A stretch of DNA of 64,000 nt from Nageia nagi (lineage: Eukaryota; Plantae; Pinophyta), in assembly GCA_050084985.1 (NCBI GenBank), contig JBITNC010000001.1:58776001-58840000 (forward strand), in the 5' to 3' direction. Each line of letters opens with the position of its first letter. Position 1 is the first letter of the stretch. Position numbers and translations under genes: made by a program. The notes under the pieces were generated by a model that was given only the letters and a program-made list of their open reading frames with translations, searched no databases and was not told where the DNA came from. This document shows, piece by piece, positions 11,824 through 24,888 of this stretch.

Positions 11824-12970
11824 CTGGATTGGAAGAATTCTATTTATCGCTTATTTATAGTTTTTGCACTTAGAATCTTAAGACAATTAATTACAGATTT
11901 GTAATATTTTGCTTGCATCTAAAATTTAGTGTCATCATTTCATGTCAGCTTACAAATCAAGAGAGACGTTTTCCTGTTACAGATTGCAATTGTCAATTAG
12001 ATCTTACTTAAAATTCTTTTTCACTTTTCAGATATTTAAGGTGGTAATGGAATTTTTAACAGAGATCTCAATCTCTTCTCTATACCAAAAGAAAGAAAGA
12101 AAGAGGACAACTTACAGCAATCTAAGACTAACCTTAAGTAGGTCAATGGGACTTAAAAAGTTATCTTGTTGCATTAGCATGGGAGGAGAAAAAGAAAGAA
12201 TTCCATAGTCATAACTGCAAACTAAAACTGACAATTATAGAGCTAGTAAACACAGAGCAGATGTAACCATTTATGAGGAATAGCTATTTGCCAAAAGAGG
12301 GCAAGAAAACTAATGGATACCCTGATTGGGATCCAAGTCTGGTACTAGGCAATACCAATGGACAGAGGATCAACATCATCATCAAATACAATTAAGGAGC
12401 CAATGTGGGATGTAACGATCTCCATTGGTGTGTCTTGGACTAAGAGGGTCAAGTTGCGCCATCCTTTAGAGATGATTCTTTCGGAATGATTTCTTCTTGG
12501 CAGTAAAAATCCAAATGCCTTCAATCAAGATCATTGAAGAATATAATAAGCAACCTTGATGGATGGAAAACTTGATGAAGATCAAGTGCTCTTCCATTGC
12601 CAAGTCATGGAAGGGGTGAAGGCAACAAAGCTTATAATATCCAGGGATATGGGTTTTCTTGATGCACATTCTTATCTCACTAAGGGGAATCTTGAGGCTA
12701 GTGACATCGGGTAGAGTTGGGACAGGTGACGATGCTGTCAAGAGGCTGCGGATGCTTTGACCTAAATATATTGTCCACATGTGTTGTTCCCAACATAGTT
12801 GTTAATTGCCCTTTCCTTGAATTGTAAGAGGGAGCTCCTATATTGTAACCGTTTTAAGTACTAAAATAGTTGACAGAACCAAATTGATATATAAATATGC
12901 AAATTTCGCAACAGAGAAATATTATGTGGCACTCTTTACCTATTTCTAAGATGCAACATGCACGAAGGCA

Positions 12971-13290
12971 TATTCTGTTCTTTTTTACTTAATACCATAT
13001 AGACATCATAGGCAGTACTTTCTTCAGCGTTTTTGATGCAAACAGCAAATAAGGAGTTATAGAAGTGACAATGTTTATGCTATTGCTTTATTTGGCTGCA
13101 ATTTTGTTAGTAAACATTTATATGTTTATGCTATTCTGTTCTTTTTTACTTAATACCATATAGACATCATATGCAGTACTTTCTTCTGTGTTTTTGATGT
13201 AAACAGCAAATAAGGAGTTAGTGAAGTGACAATGTTTATGCTATTGCTTTATTTGGCTGCAATTTTGTTAGTAAACATTTATATGTTGAG
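12971..13290. repeat. Near-perfect ~161-bp tandem duplication in the syntaxin intron
   Basis: tattctgttcttttttacttaataccatatagacatcata...gtaaacatttatatgtt occurs at 12971 and 13132. Confidence 0.9.
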
Positions 13291-13329
13291 AATATGCAAT
13301 TTTGTAATCTTCTTTTCTTCTGATTCAAG

Positions 13330-13527
13330 GCGACATTCAAGTGGAGAGTCTTCAGCATTTCCAAGTGTACAAACACAAGTTCAACAAGAAATGGTTCCTA
13401 TACAGGATAGTTACATGCAAAGCAGGGCTGAAGCTCTCCAAAATGTGGAATCAACTATTATGGAGCTGAGTAACATATTTACACAGCTGGCGACTATGGT
13501 TGCTCAGCAAGGAGAATTAGCAATCAG
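13330..13527 (+). CDS. SYP32: Syntaxin SYP32-like, exon with the start of the SNARE motif
   Basis: AG at 13328-29 completes the phase-2 codon AG|G. Translation RHSSGESS...QDSYMQSRAEALQNVESTIMELSNIFTQLATMVAQQGELAI; GT donor at 13528. Confidence 0.93.
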
Positions 13528-13613
13528 GTTTTTGTTTTTCCTTGTATGCTGTCCTTACTGATGCCCAGGCTATTGATAGCTTTCAAAAACTAAACTTGTT
13601 GCCTCTTTGGCAG

Positions 13614-13773
13614 GATTGATGAAAACATGGATGATACGTTGGCAAATGTTGAAGGAGCACAAGGGGCATTACTTCAGTACCTGAATCGAATTTCATCCAA
13701 TCGTTGGTTGATGATCAAAATTTTTTGTGTATTGATTGTCTTTTTGTTGATTTTTGTTATTTTTGTTGCATGA
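13614..13773 (+). CDS. SYP32: Syntaxin SYP32-like, last coding exon (end of SNARE motif plus C-terminal TM anchor)
   Basis: ggcAG acceptor. Translation RIDENMDDTLANVEGAQGALLQYLNRISSNRWLMIKIFCVLIVFLLIFVIFVA*, with TGA at 13771-13773. Confidence 0.95.
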
Positions 13774-16420
13774 ACAACAATTGACCAAGGAATGGAATAA
13801 AATATGATTAATTGGAGGTGGATTAACCAATGGCATTCACTTTCAGAAATCTTGAGGCGGTGTTATGCTGTTTGTAATGTTGAAGCTTGTGAAAATCAAG
13901 GATGCTTCACTATAGTGTTTATGTATGATATGATTTTGACAGTGATAATGGCAGAGAAGTTGAGTCTTTATAAGCTTTAAGAAAAGCTTTTCTATAAGAG
14001 TGATTGTGGATAACAAGAAACTCATGGAAGCATTGGTTATATCTTTTGGTTGGGTGGTTCCATTTTAGATGTAGATTAAAGTGTTAACTAGATTGAATTA
14101 ATGATCTAAAACCTCTCTTTCTTGTCAGTTTCCTGTTTTCTATAAAGCATTAATCTTATATCATGTTGTAGAAAAGGAAAATTCCCTAAGCATAGTATAC
14201 CAGGTGGTTTTTATAAAGTTCTTGTTGAAGCATTGGGCCAACATGTTAACTGTACTATCTACATCTACAGAATATTTTTCTTTGGACAACTCTTTCTAAA
14301 TTTTATAAAAATTAAATAAAATAAAAGAATACAGAGTTTTGGATCATCCAGCTTATGTTTTGATCTATTGTTTGTGTTGCTGATGATTGAATCGTAAGTT
14401 CTTCCTATTACAAAATTGGCATATATTTGTAGTTTTTCTTATATGATTAGCAACATTATTATCCATGCGTGGAAATTGTCAATGTTAAGTTAGTTCTATA
14501 CCTACTCTCTTTTCAGCACGGGTTGATAGTTGCACGACATAGCTATATAATGATCAATTTACACTTATCTGAAACCTGCTTTTGAAGTTTTCAATTTCAA
14601 ACATATTCGATAAGATATTTGTAAGTTTGATATCGCTAAAATGTGACACTTTAAAAAGTGAATTTGCAGTAGAATTCAAGCTGTTGGCATTGTATTTTGT
14701 TTTCATTGCATTGATTTAGAGTCAACTTAGCTTAAGATTACTACATCTTGAAGTCTCATAATTACTTGGCTCTAAGTTCATTTGCTTATTAGCATGGGGT
14801 TAGGGTTTCCATCAAATAGAGAAGGATTCAACTAGCCATGTTAAGGTAGTTTTGAAAATTACTTTCAAGTTTGTCTTTAGTTTTGTGCAAAAACTTTTGG
14901 AGAACTATTTGAAAGTTATTGCAATAAAATACCTGAAATAATTGTTGATGATTCAGTCTTGTGATGTAATTGGAGGCCTATCCAACTTGTACTATAGAAG
15001 TTCTATTGCTTTATATATTAATTAAAATTTAAATGTAAATATATTATAGAATAAATATAATCAATGTTTCATATTAATTTACACAATAGACAATAAGATT
15101 TGATTTTTAGCAATTCAATAATTAGTCATTTAATGATCTCTATTAAAATTGTATTGATATATATTTCATAATTTATATTAAAATTGTTTGAAAATGTTTT
15201 AAAGTTGATTGTCTTTGTTAATATTACTAGTTCAATTTGCACGTATTTTATGAATTACTTTCAAATGAGAATTGAAAATCCAATAAAAAAGTTAGTAAAC
15301 TAGTAAAACCAAATGAACATACCTCACAAAGAGATTAATGTAGCATACTAATTAAAAATATCAAATTTTGGCATTGTAATGAAATTTTATATTGCTTTCA
15401 AATCATTACTTATAATCTCAATATATAAATAACAACACCATTAAAATGAAGAAGTAAATGTACAATGTATTACATTCTAGGTGTGACCCTTCAAATTTCA
15501 AATCCTAGACAAATTCCCATGGCATTTTGTGCAACTCACACATGTTTTGCAGCTTGGTTGATGTCCAAGAAACATTGACTTGTTTATTTTATTAGATTGT
15601 CTATTTTTTGAATAGAAGATAAACATTAATTTTTTCTTGATGAACTTTTCATTCTCCTCCTTGAAATGAAATAGGTCATCAATTTATTTGTAAACACCTA
15701 AAAATGATTTTCTAGTTATTATAATATCATATTTATAGTTTTTAGGTTAAATATATTTAATTATAAGCATAAAAAATATTAAAGATGAATGTGCTAATCA
15801 TATGGTAGTCATGTGCTAGTCAAAGCTTATTATCATTAAACATAATTATAACTAGAATTGTCTTGAGATTACCAATACTTTTTTATTATTGTGAAATGTT
15901 AGCCATTACTCTGTTTCTTGTTTTAACGAGTATAAAAGGAGCGAGATGTGACATTTGTTATCAAATCCCCACCTAATTTTGATAAGTTGATTGCGAGATC
16001 ATACGCCTCACATTACTACTCTCACTAGTGTCTATCGACACCACCTAGTTGAGGATCTGTTAATACTCTTCACACTATTAAATTGGTTTTCATTCAATCT
16101 TCATACTCTTCAAGATATACAATGCTAGTGGAGTTCATTGTTTGTGGGCATGATGTAGATATTATTCTTTCTATACATTGAGGTCTTTAGACTCAAATAG
16201 TAGTTTATTGTGGTATTCAAGATATCAGATCTAAGGTTCATTAATTGATTGGGGTTTGAACCAATTCATAAATAATCAAAGAACATCAATTGAGCTAGTA
16301 CTAGATTGTAATTAATTGGCAATTTGTAGACAAGTGAATTATTCATTAATTCATTTTATTAGGATACATTTTTGGTGAACTTGTTTATTTCAATTACTTT
16401 GCCTTAAACCTTAGGGTTTA

Positions 16421-17592
16421 TGTGACATCCCTTTTGTTCAATTAGTGGGATCAAAAGGTTCATCTTTGTAACTTAGGATAGGAGACTTATTGGGTCAATG
16501 GATCCCACTATGAGCCCCAAGTAGGATATCTCCCTCCTAAGGTTAGATTAGGTGTATTTATTATACTTGGAGATCTTGAGACATGATTATGGGAATCCCA
16601 AGGTCTTTTGTACATTGTAGCGATGGATGACCATTTATATGCTTGCACTAGGCTTGGGGAGGCTCTTATACCCCCACATTGGCCTAGTTAGACACCTAGA
16701 CACCACATCTGCCCCCTTGACCCACTTAGGCATGCGTGGCACTCCCATGATCATACATTGGCACTTAATGCACTCGACCCTCACATTGGTATGCTTATCC
16801 CTTAGACACCCACATTGGGCATTTCGAGCCCTAAGAGGCCAATGTTGAATTAGAGGAGCCAAAGATGACTCCTAGGCGAGACCTGAATAGAGCAAATGTA
16901 TAAATAGACATTGTAACCTCATTACTTTACATACAAATTATTATTATTATACACATTCTATCTAAAGGATAACAAGTCTTAGTGGTGCTAAGCAATTTCC
17001 CTAAGTGCAAGACTTAGGAGGGCATTCAGGCTGAGGGATCTTGTTTATTTATGGCATTGGCACAATGCCCTTACCCATTCAATGACATTCGAGGTATTAC
17101 TTCTACCTTCAATGGCTATCCAGGGTTTAAGGAGGACCTCTTCGATGGAGGGGAATTAGATTCTGAGGGAGCGTACTATCCCATGGTTTTAGTTGTGAGG
17201 ATATTCATTATTGTGCCCTAGTTGGCTCCTGAGAGGCCAATGCTAGCCCTCCTAAGATTGGTATTGCATCATTGCTATTCCAGATCATTTGTATACTACC
17301 AAGGGCATTCGGATCTCATTTGTGTATTGTGTTATCCATCTTGTGCATGCATTGAGTTATTATTGTTGTATATGATTATACTGGCTAGACATTGATGTAT
17401 GGATGCTTGGTAATGAAACCCTAGCTTATACCTTGGCATAATTGTATTGTTATAATTCATATTGAATTCCCTAACCTTAACGTTATCATCTTAAGGGTTT
17501 ATATGCTCGTATTTGATGCTCTAGGCTTGACATCTGGGTTTGATCGTCCAAATTTGTTAGTTTGAGCTTGAGTTGAGTTTTGGATCATCAAA
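16421..17592 (+). mobile_element. Nested solo LTR (~1.17 kb)
   Basis: Starts TGtgacatcc and is flanked by a 5-bp TSD GTTTA (16416-16420, 17593-17597). TATA-like tataaata at ~16899. The 3' end reads tcaaa (probably mutated tcaCA). Confidence 0.7.
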
Positions 17593-17899
17593 GTTTATAG
17601 GAATAGTCTAGTGCACATTTGAGAAGGAATCAATAATGTTTTTGATGTTGGTTTTCTATGATAACGACATCAATGTTATAAAAATATCTCAAAATATTGA
17701 TATTATGGCTCTCATTCAATAACTCAAAGCAAATCCCAATATCTTGAATCAATTCTTAACTAGTTTAGGGCATTCATGTGTCAATAATCATAATGGAAAA
17801 TAAGCATCTACTATCACTTAAGGGTTAGATCGAATTGCAATGATTAACAAGGATATTGTAGATCTCATATCTTAGTTGAATGCACAACAAAAGTGAGAA

Positions 17900-18500
17900 G
17901 AAACCATACTCCTCTATTTGAGGAAATATAAAACTTTCCCCTCCCACCCAATTTCAAGACTCCCAAATTTAAAATGTTCAATGGAGAAGTGGATCCCAAG
18001 CAACATCTGATTAATTTTCAAGAGGAGTGCATTTTGAAGCTAGAAAATGAAGATAAATTAATGGCCAAATTATTTCCAAGGAGTCTTAAAGGTGATGCAA
18101 GTGAGTGGTTCTAGAAATTATCTTATAGGTGATGCAAGTGAGTGGTTCTAGAAATTATCTTATAAATATATTCATTCATTTGATGAAATTATTAAGATCT
18201 TTATGGATCAATACAAACACAATACCAAACATTTTATTAAGGTAGCAAATCTATTCCCATTTCATCAAGGACCAAATGAGCAATTGGAGAAGTTCATTCC
18301 ACATTTCAAAAAGGTATGAAAATATACAAAATACAAATGAGATGAGGATTAAATAAATGGGATTTTTGTGGATACTATTCTTCAAGTTTTAAATTAACAT
18401 GCTATAGGCTGTATAGAGCTAGCATTTGGGACAATGATAAATAAAGTATTGGTAAAAGAAAGAGTTTTAATTGAAATTGGTGAGTTAAAATATGGAATCA
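17900..18500 (+). pseudogene. Degenerate retrotransposon gag
   Basis: FKTPKFKMFNGEVDPKQHLINFQEEC...DKLMAKLFPRSLKGDASEWF* is the typical gypsy gag N-terminal motif; stops and frameshifts are present. Confidence 0.8.
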
Positions 18501-19229
18501 ATTGAAATACAAAAGAAGGGAAAAAGTCATATGTCAACATGACTAACATACCAAATCTCACAAGATCGACCATCCTAAAAGAAGAAGAAGAATCCCATGA
18601 TGTAGATTAAACTTAAGAAAAAGATTCAAATCAAGATGAAGATATAGATCCAAATGACATAGTAGGTATTTACTTGCATAATTAGTTTTTTCCTATCACT
18701 TTCTTTAACAAAAAATATAAAGGAAGAGAAAAAAAATCTTGTATTGAAAATTGCAATAGGCACCACAAGCATAAGGATAAACATGAAAACCAATTGTTTG
18801 GTTCTCCATCCTTGTAAAAAAAAAATCCATTTGTGAAAACCAATTTCCTAGTGCAAATGAACAAGTACCTTCCAAAAATGTTTTTTGAAAGATGCTTGAA
18901 AAAATGTCAAAAAATTGTATAGAATTCAAGGTATCGATGGTGTGGTCTGTTTGCATGAATGACATCAACCGGGTTCATATTACATAATTAAAGGCTCAAG
19001 TTCTCAAATCTAGTGTAACTTATTAGAAGGTTCCTAACGAAGACCTTAGGAATAAGATGTTCTACTAAGAATAAGATTAGAAATAAAAAATGAAAGCATC
19101 AGTTAGAATCAAAATGTAATACTTTAAAAAAAAACTTAGAAATAACAACATTGATGAAGTTCTTTATCTGCAAGTAGGGTATCAATGAAGTAAGTCTTAT
19201 AGTAATGCAAATTCATATCCAGTACAACA

Positions 19230-20015
19230 ATTCAAGAATTCTAGTAGGCTCCCTTTTCATGATCTTTTGGGATATTAAAAGATGAAACAATTTAGTAATT
19301 CTAGTAGACTCCCTTTTCATGGCCTTTTGGGGCATTAAAAGAACATATAAAAACTATTTTTGATTCTTTTGGGGCATTAAAAAAAATATAGAACAACCCT
19401 TTTTAATTCTTTTCAGGCACTACAAGAAGATAGAAAAATCATTTTTGATTCTTTTGGGGTATTAAAAGAATGTATCACAACCTTTTTTTATTCTTTTCAA
19501 GAATTAAAAGAACATAGAAAAACCATTTTTTTAAATTCTTTTGGAGTATTAAAAGAATACATAATAACCCTTTTTGAATCTTTTGAGGCATTAAAAGAAC
19601 ATAGAAAAACCCTTTTTGATTTTTTTGGGGCATTAAAAGAACATAGAAAAACTATTTTGATTCTTTTGGGGTATTAAAAAACATAAAACAACCCCTTTTG
19701 ATTCATTTGGGGCTTTAAAAGAACCTATAAAAACCCTTTTTGATTCTTTTGGGGTATTAAAAGAATATAGTACAACCTTTTTTGTTCTTTTGGAGTATTG
19801 AAAGAATATAGAGAACCCCTTTTTGATTCTTTTAGGGTGATAAAAGAACATAGAAAACTTCTTTTTGATTCTTTTGGGGCATCAAAAGATCATAGAAAAA
19901 TCCTTTTTAGTTCTTTTGGGGTATTAAAAGAACATAGAAAATCCTTTTAAATTATTTTAAGGTATTAAAAGAACTTAACAAAACTCTTTTTTGTTCTTTT
20001 GGGGTATTAAAAGAT
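19230..20015. repeat. Tandem array of ~42-bp units (~16 copies) in the 3' UTR of the LTR element
   Basis: Consensus gattcttttggggcattaaaagaacatagaaaaaccctttt repeated head-to-tail; preceded by two longer ~60-bp variants. Confidence 0.9.
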
Positions 20016-22668
20016 CCATAGATCAACTAAATGATAATTATTAATTCCCTCCCACCTCCTTTATCTTTGATTCATGGGGCAACCAAGTCAAAAAGGGAAA
20101 AGAGTGTCAAATCAAAAAATATTCAGGGAACTATAATTCAATTTCGAGCAAATAATTTTCTTTTTAATTATTCTTTGGATTTTGCAATTTCAATTCTTTG
20201 CATTACATATCCAAAAGGGGATAAATTGTAGACACCTACAAATGATTTTATATTTATTATAAGATCATATTTATAGTCTTTAGGTGAAATATTATTTAAT
20301 TGACCAAAAATAAAGAATATTAAAGATGAATGGACTAATCATATGATAGTTATATGTTAGTCAAAGTTAATTATTATTAATAATGATTACATCTAGAATT
20401 ATAATAATATTATCAATACTTTCTTGTTATTGTGAAGTGTCGGCTATTAGTCTTCTTGTGGCATTCCTTATTAGATCCACACCCAATCTAGATAGGTGAA
20501 TTGTAAGATTATATTCCTCACATTACTACTTTCATCAATGTCTCTTGATACCACCTATTTGAGGATATGTTAATACTCTTCATACTATTGAAATGGTTTT
20601 TGTTCAATCTTTATACTAGTCTTTAGGATTTATGATGCTAGCGGAGTTTGTTGTATATGGGTTAAGGATATCATTCTTTCTATATGTTGAGGTCTCCAAA
20701 TTTAGATAGTAGTTCATTTTTGTATTGAAGATATCAAATATAGGTCCATTAATGATTGATTAGGGCCTACACCAGTTCGTAAATCATAAATGAACATTAA
20801 TCAAGCTAGTGCTAGATTATAATTAATTGGCAATTTGTAAATATAGGTGAATTATTTGGTAATTAATTTTATTAGCCTATACTATCCTCTAACCTTTAAA
20901 ATATTTAATTAAATATATCTCTTAGTTGATTGGTGATATCATAAAATTTCAAATACATATAATCTCTTTGTACTATGTCTCTTACATAATGAAATTGAAT
21001 GTCAATATGCTTGGTTTTGCTATGGTGAATAAGATTTCATGCAATTTGAATTATACTTATCACAAAATAATATGATATGATATCTTTAAATATTCATTAA
21101 ATATAATATTTTGTAGTACTTATCAAAATTGTTCAAAGATGAATTTATGAATGATGTAGCTTGCCTAAAAGTAACTTACTAGCCTTTAAAGCATAAAACC
21201 CTTAAACAAAGATAAAATAAACCCAGAACATAAAAATTAACTATTACTTTTGTCCTTCAACTTGGATGAATTCCTTTTCTCTTCTTCATTAACCTACCTT
21301 AGGAACTTAGCTGATGCCTAGATGTGGATGACTAATTATGCTCCTAGTAAGTTCATACATATCATGGTGATTTGTAAGGTGTAGGACAAGTCTAATAGTA
21401 TCTTTTGGTTTATTCTAACCTCATTCAACATGAAATTTCATGGTTCTACTACTGAATCTTCCTCCTTCCATGTTGTAGCCCTTGGAGGGGTAGGTATTTT
21501 ATTAATAACCTCCTCTGTTACCTCTTGCGGAGTTTTTACCTCCTCAGATGATGCTGCCTCTAGTGCCTCTTTCACCTTATACACTTCAGTTGCCTCCTTT
21601 TCACCTACTTCTTACTCCCTTTAGTCTTCTTAGATGTGGGATTCTCCAATTCAAAATCCGCATCCTTTGATTCATCACTGTAATCCACAATCATTTCCTT
21701 AACCCCTCTATTAATTCTTGCTGACCTACAAAAACCTTTAGTTGGCCCTTTCTCCTCCATAATATAAATTTACTCCTTTTACTAAGAGAAATATTATCCT
21801 CCTCATCCTATGATTTTGGAACCTCCTCAACCACCACCTCCTTCCCTTTGGCAGGTTCAATCCCCTTTCTCCTATTGCCTAGAAGCAACTATGTTTGGGA
21901 AAACAAGAAGCTACATTTCCTAGGAGTTCCCCCTCATTCATTAACTTTTTCCTTCTCCACAATATTCAATATACAATTAGCTTTATTATCCCTTAATGCA
22001 AAGACAACTTTGCTCAACCATCTTTACTTCATTGATGGATTTCTTCAAATCGTGAAATAGAAAGGTTATGAAGTTAACCGAATTCCTATGGTGAATGGAA
22101 TTCAAGATTGAAATATGATAACAAAACAGTTACCTATACTTCCCATCCAAAGTCAAATACTTTATAGCTACCTTCACAACTCTATCCCAAGGCTTATAAG
22201 GGACTCATGGGAAATTCTAGACTAAAGCCAACAAAATATCTCTCCCCCCTCTAAGAATTTGATCAATTATTTTACTTGTTTAGTTTTAGTCTAATGAATT
22301 AACTCATCCACCTTCGATAAGCTTAAATACTCTACAATGAGGTGAGGATGTATTACAAAATGTAACCCATCTATCTCCACCTAATCTTGATTATATAAAT
22401 TACTAATTTTATGTGTAAATCCTTTATTGAACCCATTGAACCTCCTGAAGAATTGAAACATTTTAAAGGCTCCATCAATGAATCTATATCCCCATCCATT
22501 GTCAAAATAGAAGGCTCCATCTTTATTAATTCTCCTCCATCATTACCCCTTTCAATGATGAATTATGTGGTAACTCTTTCTAAATAACCAGATTGAGGTT
22601 TCTTTTGTAATACACTCTCTACCCCTTCCACGAATAGATGTCCAACTGTACCTACATCTGTTCCCATC

Positions 22669-23643
22669 ATGGTCCAAGCTGCAGAAGATTTTGTGAACCA
22701 TGTGCATGATGCGCAACAAGAAGTAAGGTAGAAATTACAAATCAGTAATGAGAAGTATCAAAACAATGCAAACCTACATAGCAGAGCAAAATTGTATCAA
22801 GAAGGAGATGACGTCATGATTTATCTTCGCAAGGAAAGATTTCCAACAAGAACTTACCACAAGCTACAACCAAAGAAAATTGGTCCACACAAAGTTCTTA
22901 AGCAAATAAATGAGAATGCATACTCAATAGGACTTCATGGAGAATTTGACATCAGTCTAATTTTTAATGTTCAGATATATATCCTTATCATTCTAGTACT
23001 GAAGAGATACAATAAGATGCTTTGGAATATTGGGTCTAACAGCTACCACAAAAGAAGAGAGAATGCTTTGGATACTGAGATTACTGCTACTAGATCAAAT
23101 AATTACAAAATGTATTTGGTCAAATGGCAGGAGTTGCCAAATTCCAATAACACTTGGATCACAAAGGCTGAACTCATCAAGTTTTCTGAACAAGATGCTT
23201 CTGAACTAGTAGGTTCAAAAAATTTAAAAGAAGGGGAGGAAAGTGCAGTGGGGAATGCCAACTATTGACAACTTGCAGGGTTTTCTTAAACAGCTGCAAA
23301 AGCAAGAGTGAGTTAGATAAATTTGAATTTATGTTTCCTTTGATTTAGGAATTTCTTGTAGCAATCTCTAGTTCTGTGTAGTGGAAAATAAATGTTCTTA
23401 TAGAGGAGAATAAATGTTCATTTTTAGCCGTAGGTGATACAATGAGGGGATTTTAGATGTAGAGTAGGGGTGTTTTTGGTTTGGATTGAATCTAATAGAA
23501 TTGAGTTTCTGGAGTATCTGTTTGTGGTTGTTTTAGTGCATTTATTTTCTGTACCTACATTTTCTTGGCTTTGTCTTTCTTTATTGGAGTTGCAGTTTCA
23601 AGGATCTTGAACTCTGTTTTCAATTTAGATCCAATCGACATCA
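22669..23643 (+). mobile_element. 3' end of a Ty3/gypsy chromovirus: integrase C-terminus (GPY/F, SH3-like) + chromodomain + PPT + LTR
   Basis: [14 protein letters not shown]...[23 protein letters not shown] and [19 protein letters not shown] aaagaaggggaggaaag immediately precedes TG at 23244. The putative LTR ends ...gacatCA at 23643. Confidence 0.8.
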
Positions 23644-24071
23644 AATTTTTAAAAGGTTTGGAAGGCTGGAAAGGGAAATAATTTTATCTAGTGGGAAAAA
23701 TTTAGTGTGAAAAATTTAGTTGAAAAACTTATCTCTCGAAGAAATCCTAATCTATTTCTTTATCTTTGTTGGAGCTTTCAAGTTTTATTGCGAAAGCCAT
23801 GATGACTAATGAAACCTTTTTATAATGGAATAAATAAACATCAAAAGTGAACTCTTGTAATACGGGCATTAATTTAAGAGCCATTAATTAGTAGAGGAAT
23901 CATACTCTAGTTATTATTAGTAATGAATAAGTTTTTATAAGCAAGCTTAATCAGAAATTTTATTAGCAGGATAATAGAATATGGTCATTAATTAGACTAT
24001 ATATATATAGGGGGTAATATATTTTTTATAACGATATAATTGACATCTATATCAAGCTGAGGTGCACTGCT

Positions 24072-24482
24072 CTCAAAGCAAGGATTCGACAGAGAGAGGG
24101 CATTCCTCCTGGTGAGTAGATAACATTGTTATTCGAAGGTAACCAGTTGAAAGATGGACAGATTCTTGTGGAGGACAACATTCAAGATTCATCAGCCATT
24201 CTGGTAGTGCACAGAATGCAGTTCTTTGTGAGGGCATCGACCGTGGAAGCACAAATTCCTTTAGGAAAGAGGTTCAAAACAATTTTTCCAGTGGTGGACA
24301 GTTCTGACAAGACTAGGTCTGTTTTGGACAAGGTTGATAGAGAATTTGAAACGGTTAGCCGGTCACCAGGACTTCTCCTTAGGCATGGATCAAGAAATCT
24401 GGATAATTCGAGGATATTATCTCATTACCGGATTGCAAAGCATTCGACTGTACAACTTCACTATGTGCACAGTATAGATTGA
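24072..24482 (+). pseudogene. Divergent tandem ubiquitin-like ORF; 5'-truncated, with in-frame stop
   Basis: LKARIRQREGIPPGE*ITLLFEGNQLKDGQILVEDNIQDSS aligns to ubiquitin [39 protein letters not shown]. The second unit reads MQFFVR...VDSSDK...LDNSRILSHYRIAKHSTVQL. TAG at 24117-24119; no C-terminal GG. Confidence 0.75.
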
Positions 24483-24888
24483 GGACAAAGAGATAACGCC
24501 AGTAAAGATCGTTGCACAATTAACAAGCAATTTATCCTCTGCAGTGCAATTATTATATTATGGGTCATTTCAATCCGTTTCCAAGTTAGCAGTGGTAGCA
24601 TAGGTAACTTCACACCTTTTACACAATTTCACTCATCATTCATATGGTAAATTCGTTTTTCTCTCTCCAATCCAGTATATTCGTTTTTCGCTCTCAAATG
24701 CAGTATAATCATACAAACAGAAAAGAATAGAAACCAGTTGATAATAATAAGAAGAAGTTCGTCCACTACAAAATACAACATAATAATAGATGTTATCTAC
24801 TGCTAATGAGTAACACCTTAGAGAAATAACAGATTGCTACTACTTGTTTAGCCGCATAAGATGATGATCGTCGAAGTAGCTGCTGCTG

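Larger units (their letters stand above)
15689..20881 (+). mobile_element. Non-autonomous gag-only Ty3/gypsy (Tat/Ogre-like; TR-GAG-like) LTR retrotransposon
   Basis: Paired diverged LTRs at 15689-16368 (TGtaaacacc...ggataCA) and 20227-~20881 (TGtagacacc...). PBS remnant tggtgaac after the 5' LTR; purine tract aaaaggggg before the 3' LTR; degenerate TSD ttatt/ctatc. Internal gag remnant, no pol motifs seen. Confidence 0.8.

Noticed and set aside
12180-12790. Possible LINE/RNase H fragment in the syntaxin intron (ILIEG)
   Set aside because: Only one weak motif; I could not support a domain or boundaries.
19230-20015. Regular ~42-bp repeats as a CRISPR array
   Set aside because: The units are head-to-tail with no unique spacers, there are no cas genes, and the context is a eukaryotic LTR element.
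21240-22660. Purine-skewed minus-strand segment resembling decayed gag or LINE ORF1
   Set aside because: Probably TE-derived, but no diagnostic motif could be read.
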